The translations under genes and the position numbers were made by a program. A DNA stretch of 27,299 nucleotides from Candidatus Latescibacterota bacterium (GTDB lineage: Bacteria; Latescibacterota; UBA2968): positions 1 to 27,299 of the forward strand of contig JAYODI010000078.1 in NCBI GenBank assembly GCA_038279365.1, in the 5' to 3' direction. The notes beneath the pieces were generated by a model, which was not told the DNA's origin, did no database searches, and saw only the letters and a program-made list of their open reading frames with translations. How positions within the stretch are numbered: the first letter of the stretch is position 1; every line of letters begins with the position of its first letter. Below are positions 18,137-25,337 of this stretch, one piece after another.

Positions 18137-19318
18137 ATGGATCCTATTTTTGCTGATCGTATTACAGATGTGCCCCGTTCATTTTTGCGCGAAATCTTAA
18201 AGGTGGCATTGGAGCCCAATATGATTTCGTTTGCGGGGGGGTTGCCAGATCGCGACTTGTTTCCGCTTGAGGAGTTGCGCGCTGCGACCAATAAGGTTTT
18301 TGATATTGCAGGTGCCGATGCCTTGCAATATGCCAATTCGGAAGGGTTTGCGGGGCTTCGGGAATGGATTGCCAAACGTTATGCAGATAAGCATGGTTTG
18401 GATATTAACCCTGAGCATGTTTTGATTACGAATGGGTCACAACAAGGGTTGGATTTGATTGGCAAAACATTGTTGAATGATGGGGACGATGTGGTGCTTG
18501 AAGCGCCGGGTTATTTGGGGGCCATTCAAGCGTTTTCTTTGTATAAGGCCACGTTTCGACCTGTGCAGTTGAACGATGATGGCATTGATGTTCCCCAGTT
18601 GGCAGAAGCACTAAAGACGTATAACCCTAAAGTTTATTATGCGGTGCCCAATTTTCAGAATCCGTCGGGCATTACGTATGAAGAGGAAAATCGTTTAAAA
18701 GTTGCCGAGTTGGTTCGAAATACACGAACGTATTTGGTTGAGGACAATCCGTATGGTGATTTGCGGTTTATGGGGACGCATAAAACGTCGTTTAAAAAAT
18801 TGATTCCTGACAATACACTTTTGTTGGGCACGTTTTCAAAGACGGTGGTGCCTTCTTTGCGTATTGGGTGGATTGTGGCACCGCCACATATTTATGATAA
18901 GTTGCTTATAGCCAAACAAGCGTCAGATTTGCATACCAATAGTTTTGGTCAACGGGTGGTGTATCAATATGTGATGGATAATGATTTGGATGCGCATGTG
19001 GAGACGATTCGAAAAGCGTATGGGAAAAAGCGCGATGTGATGATTGCGGCCATTCGTGATTGTTTTCCCAAGTCGGTGCATCATACAGAACCTGAGGGCG
19101 GGATGTTTGTGTGGCTGACGTTGCCAGATGGGGTTTCGGCGATGACGGCTTTTGAGGCGGCCATTAAGGAGAAGGTGGCTTTTGTGCCGGGGCATCCATT
19201 TTATATTGATCGGGCAGATTGTCCAACATTTCGACTTAATTTTTCGTGTATGGATGTGGAGACGATTGAGATGGGGATTGAACGGTTGGGGCGTGTTTTA
19301 CATGGGATGTTGGATTAG
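18137..19318 (+). CDS. PLP-dependent class I/II aminotransferase (LysN/ARO8-like)
   Basis: 'ISFAGGLP', 'TNGSQQGLDL', 'PNFQNPSG', 'EDNPY', PLP-lysine motif 'TFSKTVVPSLRIGW' and 'PEGGMFVW'. Confidence 0.92.
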   Translation: MDPIFADRITDVPRSFLREILKVALEPNMISFAGGLPDRDLFPLEELRAATNKVFDIAGADALQYANSEGFAGLREWIAKRYADKHGLDINPEHVLITNGSQQGLDLIGKTLLNDGDDVVLEAPGYLGAIQAFSLYKATFRPVQLNDDGIDVPQLAEALKTYNPKVYYAVPNFQNPSGITYEEENRLKVAELVRNTRTYLVEDNPYGDLRFMGTHKTSFKKLIPDNTLLLGTFSKTVVPSLRIGWIVAPPHIYDKLLIAKQASDLHTNSFGQRVVYQYVMDNDLDAHVETIRKAYGKKRDVMIAAIRDCFPKSVHHTEPEGGMFVWLTLPDGVSAMTAFEAAIKEKVAFVPGHPFYIDRADCPTFRLNFSCMDVETIEMGIERLGRVLHGMLD

Positions 19319-19332
19319 GAGGGGTGGGGGTA

Positions 19333-19506
19333 TCACTCTTTTTGGGGTGGCTTTTTCTTGGTGGGTTCTTTTTGGGAATAGAGATGGTACGCCGTGTCTG
19401 GGCCGATGAGTTTGACGGCGGTTTGGCGGGTGAGTTTGACTTTGCCTTTTAGGATCATTTGGCGATAGGCGTATTTTTTTCGGATGTCGTCGGCTTTTTC
19501 GTTCAT
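19333..19506 (-). CDS. Small basic hypothetical protein (57 aa), not in the ORF track
   Basis: MNEKADDIRKKYAYRQMILKGKVKLTRQTAVKLIGPDTAYHLYSQKEPTKKKPPQKE*. AAGGAA RBS 4 nt upstream; its C/A-ending codons match other minus-strand genes. Confidence 0.6.
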   Translation of the reverse strand: MNEKADDIRKKYAYRQMILKGKVKLTRQTAVKLIGPDTAYHLYSQKEPTKKKPPQKE

Positions 19507-19588
19507 GGTGTTCCTTTTTAAAAAGGGGAGATTTTGGAGAACCTTTTTAAGAACGTTTAACGTAAGATTGTTCTATTTTGCTTGTTAT

Positions 19589-19782
19589 GCCTTCGGCGAC
19601 TTACTTTTTTTCAACAGCAAAAAAAAGTAAGCAAAAAATGCCGTCCCTCAAGTGCCGGGAGGGCTGATTTTCCGCAAATCTCTTTAGAGGACGCACAACA
19701 CCATATAGCCTGCAAACGCAAAGCCATAAAATATATATAGCTGGACGGAATGGTGCGGAAAATCATGGTTGTTTTGTGTGAT
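19589..19782. repeat. Dispersed structured repeat, copy 2 (core + extension)
   Basis: GCCTTCGGC-GA-CTTACTTTTTTT-CAACAGCA-AAAAAAAGTAAG-CAAAAAA-TGCCGTCC, then TGATTTTCCGCA (19665-19676) pairing with TGCGGAAAATCA (19754-19765). Confidence 0.85.
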
Positions 19783-19811
19783 GGGTGGGTGTGATTTTTT
19801 GCGTGAAAAGA

Positions 19812-20276
19812 TTAGGTGGTATGAAATACGACGTGGTGATCGATGAGTTGTTTGTTTTTGTAGATGAATTTGCCGGAGAAAAAACGATCTTCTTCGAGCC
19901 ATTTGAGGAAGATGCGGTCGCCGGGCCAGAGGTTGAGGTTTAAGACATCGTTATCGTTGATCCATTGTAGGTTGCCTTCGGGTGAGTCGATGAGGGCACC
20001 TGTAAAGTCTGAGGCGGTGAAGACAAAGGCCATCCAATCGTCTATGCCGTCAAACATGGGGAAGGTGAGGATGCCTTTGAGTTGGGGGTTTTGGATGGTG
20101 AGGCCCGATTCTTCTTTGACTTCGCGTATGATGCATTCTTCGGGTGTTTCGCCAGGATCTAATTTGCCACCTAAGCCATTCCATTTTCCTTCGTGCATGT
20201 CGTTTTCTTTTTTGATACGGTGTAACATGAGGGTTTGGCCATTGTGTTTGATGTAACAAAGTGTGCCAATTTTCAT
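19812..20276 (-). CDS. Nudix hydrolase, 8-oxo-dGTP diphosphatase (MutT/MutX-like)
   Basis: Nudix box 'GGKLDPGETPEECIIREVKEESGL', with 'TLCYI', 'GKWNGLGGK' and 'LWPGD'. Confidence 0.9.
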   Translation of the reverse strand: MKIGTLCYIKHNGQTLMLHRIKKENDMHEGKWNGLGGKLDPGETPEECIIREVKEESGLTIQNPQLKGILTFPMFDGIDDWMAFVFTASDFTGALIDSPEGNLQWINDNDVLNLNLWPGDRIFLKWLEEDRFFSGKFIYKNKQLIDHHVVFHTT

Positions 20277-20410
20277 GGGTTTTCCTTGTGGGTTTTGATA
20301 AGCAATCGCATGGTATTTTTATTGTGCGATTTTTTTGTTTTTTGCTGAGTGGTTGATGGGTTATAATATACACAATTCAGAATGATCTTACAGCCTTTAG
20401 GAGGGGGTTG

Positions 20411-21754
20411 ATGGAAAAACCCAATGTGATTCTCGTGTTTGGTGATCAGTGGCGACAACAGGCTTTTGGGTATGCGGGTAACCGTGTTGTGCAGACGCCT
20501 CATATTGATCGGTTGGCTTCACAAAGTCTCAATTTGACCCATGCGGTTTCGGGGTGTTCGGTGTGTTGCCCGGCACGTTCTTCACTTTTGACAGGGCAGT
20601 ACCCTTTGAAACACGGGGTGTTTGTGAATGATGTGCATTTGGATGATGAGATTCCAACGGTTGCGCATGCTTTTAAGGGGGCGGGTTACGATACGGCTTA
20701 TGTTGGGAAGTGGCATGTAGATGGTCAGGGTCGGTCCAGTTATATTCCGACCGAACGGCAAAAAGAATTTGAATATTGGAAGGTGTTGGAGTGTACGCAC
20801 AATTATAACAAGTCGTTTTATTATGCCGGTGATTCGGATGAAAAATTGGAATGGGACGGATATGATGCCATTGCACAGACGCGGGATGTGCAACAGTATA
20901 TTCAAAATCATAACCAAGACCATCCCTTTTTTATGGTGCTTTCTTGGGGGCCACCGCATGCACCTTATGAGACGGCGCCTGAAAAATATCGGGCGATGTA
21001 TAAACCTGAGGATGTTGTGTTGCGACCCAATGTGCCTGAAGAGAAGGCGGATGAGGCGCGTAAGTGGATTGCTGGGTATTATGCGCATTGTACGGCGTTG
21101 GATGATTGTATGGCTGATTTGCTTCAGACTTTGGACGATAAGGGTATTGCTGATAATACCATTGTGCTTTTCTTTTCAGATCATGGCGATATGCTGGGAT
21201 CGCAAAATTCGGCAAAAAAACAACAGCCATGGGAAGAGTCAATTCGCATTCCTTTTTTGGTGCGGTGGCCAGATAAGTTTGGTGTAAAAGGTAAGGTGTT
21301 GGATGCACGCATTGATATTCCAGATATTATGCCGACGGTGTTGGGGTTGTGTGATATTGATATTCCCGATACGGTGCAGGGGTTGGATTTTTCGGGTTAT
21401 TTTAATGGGGAGGATGATCCTTCAGATGGGGCAGCGTTGTTGCAGTGCCCGCATCCATTTGGACAATGGCATCGGGGTGTGGGTGGGCGTGAGTATCGGG
21501 GGTTGCGTACGGATCGGTATACGTATGCACGGTCTTTGGATAGGCCGTGGTTGTTGTATGACAATGAGGTTGACCCGTATCAACAGCATAATTTGATTGA
21601 TGATCCTTCGTATGCGGGTTTGCGGGCCGATTTGGATGTGTGGTTGCAACGGCGGTTGGATGCGATGGGGGATGAATTTTTGCATGGGTTGGAATATATA
21701 AAGCAGTGGGGATATACGGTTGATGAGAAGGAGACGGTGCCGTATACGAATTGA
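20411..21754 (+). CDS. Sulfatase (Cys-type)
   Basis: 'KPNVILVFGDQWR', 'CCPAR', 'GKWH', 'GPPH' and 'SDHGDM'. GGAGG RBS. Confidence 0.92.
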   Translation: MEKPNVILVFGDQWRQQAFGYAGNRVVQTPHIDRLASQSLNLTHAVSGCSVCCPARSSLLTGQYPLKHGVFVNDVHLDDEIPTVAHAFKGAGYDTAYVGKWHVDGQGRSSYIPTERQKEFEYWKVLECTHNYNKSFYYAGDSDEKLEWDGYDAIAQTRDVQQYIQNHNQDHPFFMVLSWGPPHAPYETAPEKYRAMYKPEDVVLRPNVPEEKADEARKWIAGYYAHCTALDDCMADLLQTLDDKGIADNTIVLFFSDHGDMLGSQNSAKKQQPWEESIRIPFLVRWPDKFGVKGKVLDARIDIPDIMPTVLGLCDIDIPDTVQGLDFSGYFNGEDDPSDGAALLQCPHPFGQWHRGVGGREYRGLRTDRYTYARSLDRPWLLYDNEVDPYQQHNLIDDPSYAGLRADLDVWLQRRLDAMGDEFLHGLEYIKQWGYTVDEKETVPYTN

Positions 21755-21820
21755 AGGGATTTTGTGAAACAAATTGGAGAGGCATGAAGCTTTGGCTCTC
21801 AATTTAAGTTTTATCTTTAT

Positions 21821-22017
21821 GCCTGCGGCGCATTACTTTTTTTCAACAGCTAAAAAAAGTAATCAAAAAAAGCCGTCCCTCAAGTGCCGGGAAGGCTGAT
21901 TTTCCGCAAATACCCTTAGTGGGTACATATAAAGAGAATAGCCTATCAGGGCTATAGCATTTACAAAGTAAATAGCTGGATGGAACAGTGCGGAAAATCA
22001 TGATGGGTTTGTGTGAT
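21821..22017. repeat. Dispersed structured repeat, copy 3 (core + extension)
   Basis: GCCTGCGGC-GC-ATTACTTTTTTT-CAACAGCT-AAAAAAAGTAAT-CAAAAAA-AGCCGTCC, then TGATTTTCCGCA (21897-21908) pairing with TGCGGAAAATCA (21989-22000). Confidence 0.85.
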
Positions 22018-22050
22018 TAAATAAAACAGGTTATTTAAAAAGGATGAATC

Positions 22051-23295
22051 ATGAAACCAATTAAAATTCTTTCGATTGCAGCGGGGAGTCGTGGTTCGGG
22101 TTATGCGACGTATGCAGAGAAACACCCTGATCGGGTACAGATTGTGGGTGTGGCTGAGCCGCGCGATTTTTATCGTCAGCAAATGGTGGGCAATTATGAC
22201 ATTCCGATGGCGAATACGTTTACCGATTGGCGAGAGGCCGTGAAGCGTGAGAAGTTTGCCGATGCGGTGATTATTGCCACACAAGATGCGATGCACACCG
22301 AGCCAGCTATTGCGTTTGCAGAGAAGGGGTATCACATTTTGTTGGAAAAGCCGATGGCACCGACAGAAGAAGAATGTATTCGGATTGCCGAAGCGGCGAA
22401 GAAGAACAATGTGATTTTGGCGGTGTGTCATGTGATGCGGTACACGCGATATACGCAGATGTTGAAAGAGGTGGTGGCATCGGGTGCGATTGGCGATGTG
22501 GTGAATTTACAGCATTTGGAGCCTGTGGGATATTGGCATCAGGCGCATTCGTTTGTGCGGGGCAATTGGCGCAATGAGGCCGAGTCTTCGTTTATGTTGT
22601 TGGCCAAGTCGTGTCATGATTTGGATTGGATTCGGTATATTATGGGTGTGCCTTGTCATTCGCTTTCCTCTTTTGGATCGCTAAAGCATTTTCGCAAAGA
22701 AGAGCAGCCTGAAGGGGCGGCAGATCGGTGTTTGGATTGTGGGGTAGAAGCGGAGTGCCCATATTCGGCAAAGAAGATTTATTTGGGTCGGTTGGCCAAA
22801 GGGCAAACGGGGTGGCCAAGCAATGTGCTGACGCCCAATGTGACAGAAGAAAGTGTGATGGATGCGCTTCGCAATGGGCCTTATGGGCGATGCGTGTATG
22901 CCTGTGACAATGATGTGGTGGACAATCAGGTGGTGAATATGTTGTTTGATGGTGGGCGAACGGCTTCGTTTACAATGACGGCATTTAATGAGGCGGGGCA
23001 TCGCAAGACACATATTTTTGGCACGAAGGGTTCGATTTATGGCGATGGTACGAAGATTACACGGTTTGATTTTTTGACGGATGAAACGGAAGTGATTGAT
23101 ACGGCGGTAACGGATGGGTCTATCTTGGGTGGCCATGGAGGTGGGGATTTTGGAATTATGCAGAGTTTTGTTGAAGCGGTGAGCAGTGGTGATCCTTCAA
23201 AAGTCCTTTCGGGGGCAGATGAATCATTGGAAACCCATCGGATGGTTTTTGCGGCTGAACGTGCTCGGAAAGAACATTGTGTGGTGGATTTATAA
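22051..23295 (+). CDS. Gfo/Idh/MocA-family oxidoreductase
   Basis: Rossmann-like start 'IAAGSRG', 'AVIIATQD', 'LLEKPMA', 'KSCHDLD' and C-terminal 'GHGGGD'. Confidence 0.9.
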   Translation: MKPIKILSIAAGSRGSGYATYAEKHPDRVQIVGVAEPRDFYRQQMVGNYDIPMANTFTDWREAVKREKFADAVIIATQDAMHTEPAIAFAEKGYHILLEKPMAPTEEECIRIAEAAKKNNVILAVCHVMRYTRYTQMLKEVVASGAIGDVVNLQHLEPVGYWHQAHSFVRGNWRNEAESSFMLLAKSCHDLDWIRYIMGVPCHSLSSFGSLKHFRKEEQPEGAADRCLDCGVEAECPYSAKKIYLGRLAKGQTGWPSNVLTPNVTEESVMDALRNGPYGRCVYACDNDVVDNQVVNMLFDGGRTASFTMTAFNEAGHRKTHIFGTKGSIYGDGTKITRFDFLTDETEVIDTAVTDGSILGGHGGGDFGIMQSFVEAVSSGDPSKVLSGADESLETHRMVFAAERARKEHCVVDL

Positions 23296-23300
23296 AGAAT

Positions 23301-23382
23301 GGTCGCAAGTCTCTGGTCAACAAGTCGCAAGTCAAAGTCAGAAGCTCTTGGCATTTGACCTGCGACCTTTAGACCTGCGACT
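23301..23382. repeat. Inverted arrays of degenerate RGTCRCA heptamers (second copy)
   Basis: ggtcgca agtctct ggtcaaca agtcgca agtcaa agtcaga ... ttgacc tgcgacc tttagacc tgcgact; same family as 2829-2934. Confidence 0.75.
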
Positions 23383-23398
23383 GTTAGAGAGGTTATTC

Positions 23399-23767
23399 AT
23401 GAATCGTGGCAGAAATGTTTTGGGTGAAGAGATGGAAGATTGTGGCACCAGCCCCATGACAGGTTTTTTTCGGGATGGGTGTTGTCGCACTGGGCCAGAT
23501 GATCAGGGTTTGCATATTTTATGTGCAGAGATGACGGAAGAGTTTCTCACGTTTTCAAAAATGGCAGGTAATGATTTAAGTACGCCCATGCCAGAGTATC
23601 ACTTTCCGGGGCTTCAACCGGGTGACAGATGGTGTTTGTGTGTGTTGCGTTGGAAAGAGGCGTTGGAAGCAGGAATGGCACCGCCCGTGGTGTTGGCGGC
23701 GACGCATGTTTCGACACTTGAGTTTGTTGATTTGGATGATTTGAAAGCGCATGCAGTGGATCTTTAA
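23399..23767 (+). CDS. DUF2237-family protein
   Basis: ATG 23399 after GAGAGG. 'NVLGE...PMTGFFRDGCC', 'GNDLSTP', 'FPGLQPGDRWCLC' and 'APPVVLAATH'. Confidence 0.85.
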   Translation: MNRGRNVLGEEMEDCGTSPMTGFFRDGCCRTGPDDQGLHILCAEMTEEFLTFSKMAGNDLSTPMPEYHFPGLQPGDRWCLCVLRWKEALEAGMAPPVVLAATHVSTLEFVDLDDLKAHAVDL

Positions 23768-23776
23768 GGGATTGTT

Positions 23777-24868
23777 ATGAATTTTACACCGAGTGATCAG
23801 CGCATTTTAATTGTGGATGATACCATTAAGAATCTTCAGGTTTTGGGCACGATTCTTGAAAAAGAAGGGTATCAAATTAATGTGGCGCAAAATGGTACAC
23901 AAGCCTTAGAAATTACCCAAAAAGTACAACCCGATTTGGTTTTGTTGGATGTGATGATGCCCGATTTGAATGGGTTTGAGGTGTGCCAGCAACTGAAAGC
24001 GGATGAATCGGTTGCGCATATTCCCATTATTTTTTTGACGGCGCGTACCGAAACTGAAGATTTGGTCAAAGGGTTTGAAATGGGCGCGGTAGATTATGTG
24101 ACCAAACCTTTTAATGCCACAGAATTGTTGGTGCGTGTGCGCACGCATTTGAGCATTCATATGCTTCAAGCGGCACTACGAAAAAGTCTTGAAGACAATG
24201 CGCGATTGCGGCGTGAACAAGAAGCTTTTTTTCGCCATGAACTTAAAAATCGCATTACACCCATTATGGGTTATTCTGATGCATTGCAACATACACAACT
24301 GGATGAGATGCAAAAGCGATGGGTGACGACCATTTGTAACAGCACACAGGATATGTCTGATTTGATAGATGTCTTAAAAGATTTGCAAGATATTGAAGCA
24401 GGCACAATAACGTTGTCTAAGGTTGCTTTGCCATTGAATGATCTGATTCAAAATGCGATTGCTGATGTAGAAGCTTCTTTTGATTTGCCCAATATTCAGT
24501 ATACGCCCCCTGAAGCATCCGTTGTGGTGCAGGTGGATGGTAATTTGGTACGCGGTGTTTTTTATAATCTGGTTAAAAATGCCGTAGAACATGTTGAAAA
24601 ATGTGCTGATGAAGCAGATCGTGTGGTAAAGATTGCGGTGGTGGATGCACCTTTTGCGGTTACAATTACGATTCAAAATGGTGGCAAACCCATTCCTGAA
24701 GATTTGTTGGCAGTGTTTTTTGAAAAGTTTAATACCCATGGTAAACAGGGTGGAACGGGTTTGGGCACGACCTATGCATTTTGGGTTATTCGTGCTCATG
24801 AAGGCGATATTATGGTGAAATCAACAGAAGCAGAAGGTACCACTGTGACCGTAGTTTTGCCAAAGTGA
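23777..24868 (+). CDS. Cytoplasmic hybrid response regulator-histidine kinase (REC-HisKA-HATPase)
   Basis: 'ILIVDD', 'LLDVMMP', 'TKPF', H-box 'RHELKN', 'NLVKNAVE' and 'GGTGLG'. Confidence 0.9.
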   Translation: MNFTPSDQRILIVDDTIKNLQVLGTILEKEGYQINVAQNGTQALEITQKVQPDLVLLDVMMPDLNGFEVCQQLKADESVAHIPIIFLTARTETEDLVKGFEMGAVDYVTKPFNATELLVRVRTHLSIHMLQAALRKSLEDNARLRREQEAFFRHELKNRITPIMGYSDALQHTQLDEMQKRWVTTICNSTQDMSDLIDVLKDLQDIEAGTITLSKVALPLNDLIQNAIADVEASFDLPNIQYTPPEASVVVQVDGNLVRGVFYNLVKNAVEHVEKCADEADRVVKIAVVDAPFAVTITIQNGGKPIPEDLLAVFFEKFNTHGKQGGTGLGTTYAFWVIRAHEGDIMVKSTEAEGTTVTVVLPK

Positions 24869-24892
24869 TTCAAAGAGAAAATTAAAAAAATC

Positions 24893-24921
24893 TTGACATC
24901 ACGATGTTACTGGGCTACATT
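24893..24921 (+). promoter_or_regulatory. sigma70 promoter of the ilv leader/ilvBN transcript
   Basis: TTGACA (24893-24898), a 17-nt spacer and TACATT (24916-24921). Confidence 0.7.
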
Positions 24922-24960
24922 TTGCCCAGTCGAAATACAAATACATTTTTGGAGTTTATT

Positions 24961-25071
24961 GTGACACAATCATTCACCACTGTAAATACCACAATTGTAC
25001 GCCTTGTAACCACAGGCGTAGTAGTCGGTATTGTACGTCTTGTAAAGAGGCAACAGTGGGGTGATTGTTAA
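24961..25071 (+). CDS. Attenuator leader peptide 1 (36 aa, Thr/Val/Ile/Leu-rich)
   Basis: GGAG RBS and GTG start: MTQSFTTVNTTIVRLVTTGVVVGIVRLVKRQQWGDC*. The 3' end contains AACAGTGGG, complementary to the 5' arm of terminator 1. Confidence 0.85.
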   Translation: MTQSFTTVNTTIVRLVTTGVVVGIVRLVKRQQWGDC

Positions 25072-25095
25072 ACTGATTTGAAATAGATGTTCATC

Positions 25096-25127
25096 AGCCC
25101 ACTGTTTAAAAACAGTGGGCTTTTTTT
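25096..25127 (+). terminator. Attenuator terminator 1
   Basis: AGCCCACTGTTT-AA-AAACAGTGGGC followed by T7. Confidence 0.88.
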
Positions 25128-25146
25128 ATTTTGGGGAGGTTATGAA

Positions 25147-25257
25147 ATGAAGCAAACATATCAAACATTTACCACGACCGTAACGCTTGTAACGACTATT
25201 CTTGTAGGCGTAGTAGGTATTGTACGCGCTATTCGAAAATCAGAGGCAGCGTTGTGA
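25147..25257 (+). CDS. Attenuator leader peptide 2 (36 aa, Thr/Val/Ile/Leu-rich)
   Basis: GGAGGT RBS and ATG start: MKQTYQTFTTTVTLVTTILVGVVGIVRAIRKSEAAL*. GGCAGCG near its end is complementary to CGCTGCC in terminator 2. Confidence 0.85.
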   Translation: MKQTYQTFTTTVTLVTTILVGVVGIVRAIRKSEAAL

Positions 25258-25278
25258 TGGGTCACAAATTGGAATTTT

Positions 25279-25318
25279 AAACCCCGCTGCCGAGATGGTC
25301 TCGCAGCGGGGTTTTTTT
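25279..25318 (+). terminator. Attenuator terminator 2
   Basis: AAACCCCGCTGC-C-GAGA-TGG-TCTC-GCAGCGGGG followed by T7. Confidence 0.88.
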
Positions 25319-25337
25319 ATTGATAGAGGAAAATGAG

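Noticed and set aside
19600-19631. Treating the T/A-tract hairpins as ordinary Rho-independent terminators
   Set aside because: The stems are A/T-rich, they occur in different gene-orientation contexts, and the loop and third tract co-vary beyond what a terminator needs. Terminator activity on the minus strand is not excluded.
23186-23398. N-terminal extension of the DUF2237 ORF
   Set aside because: It overlaps the upstream gene and runs through the heptamer repeat; the family-like sequence starts at ATG 23399 with an RBS.
25142-25150. Mini-ORF ATG-AAA-TGA overlapping the start of leader 2
   Set aside because: It is only 1 nt from the GGAGGT Shine-Dalgarno; ATG 25147 has proper spacing and gives the regulatory peptide.
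24930-25318. T-box or riboswitch upstream of ilvB
   Set aside because: I see no T-box consensus (AAxxxGGTGGxACC) or stem I motifs; translated leaders with control codons explain the region.
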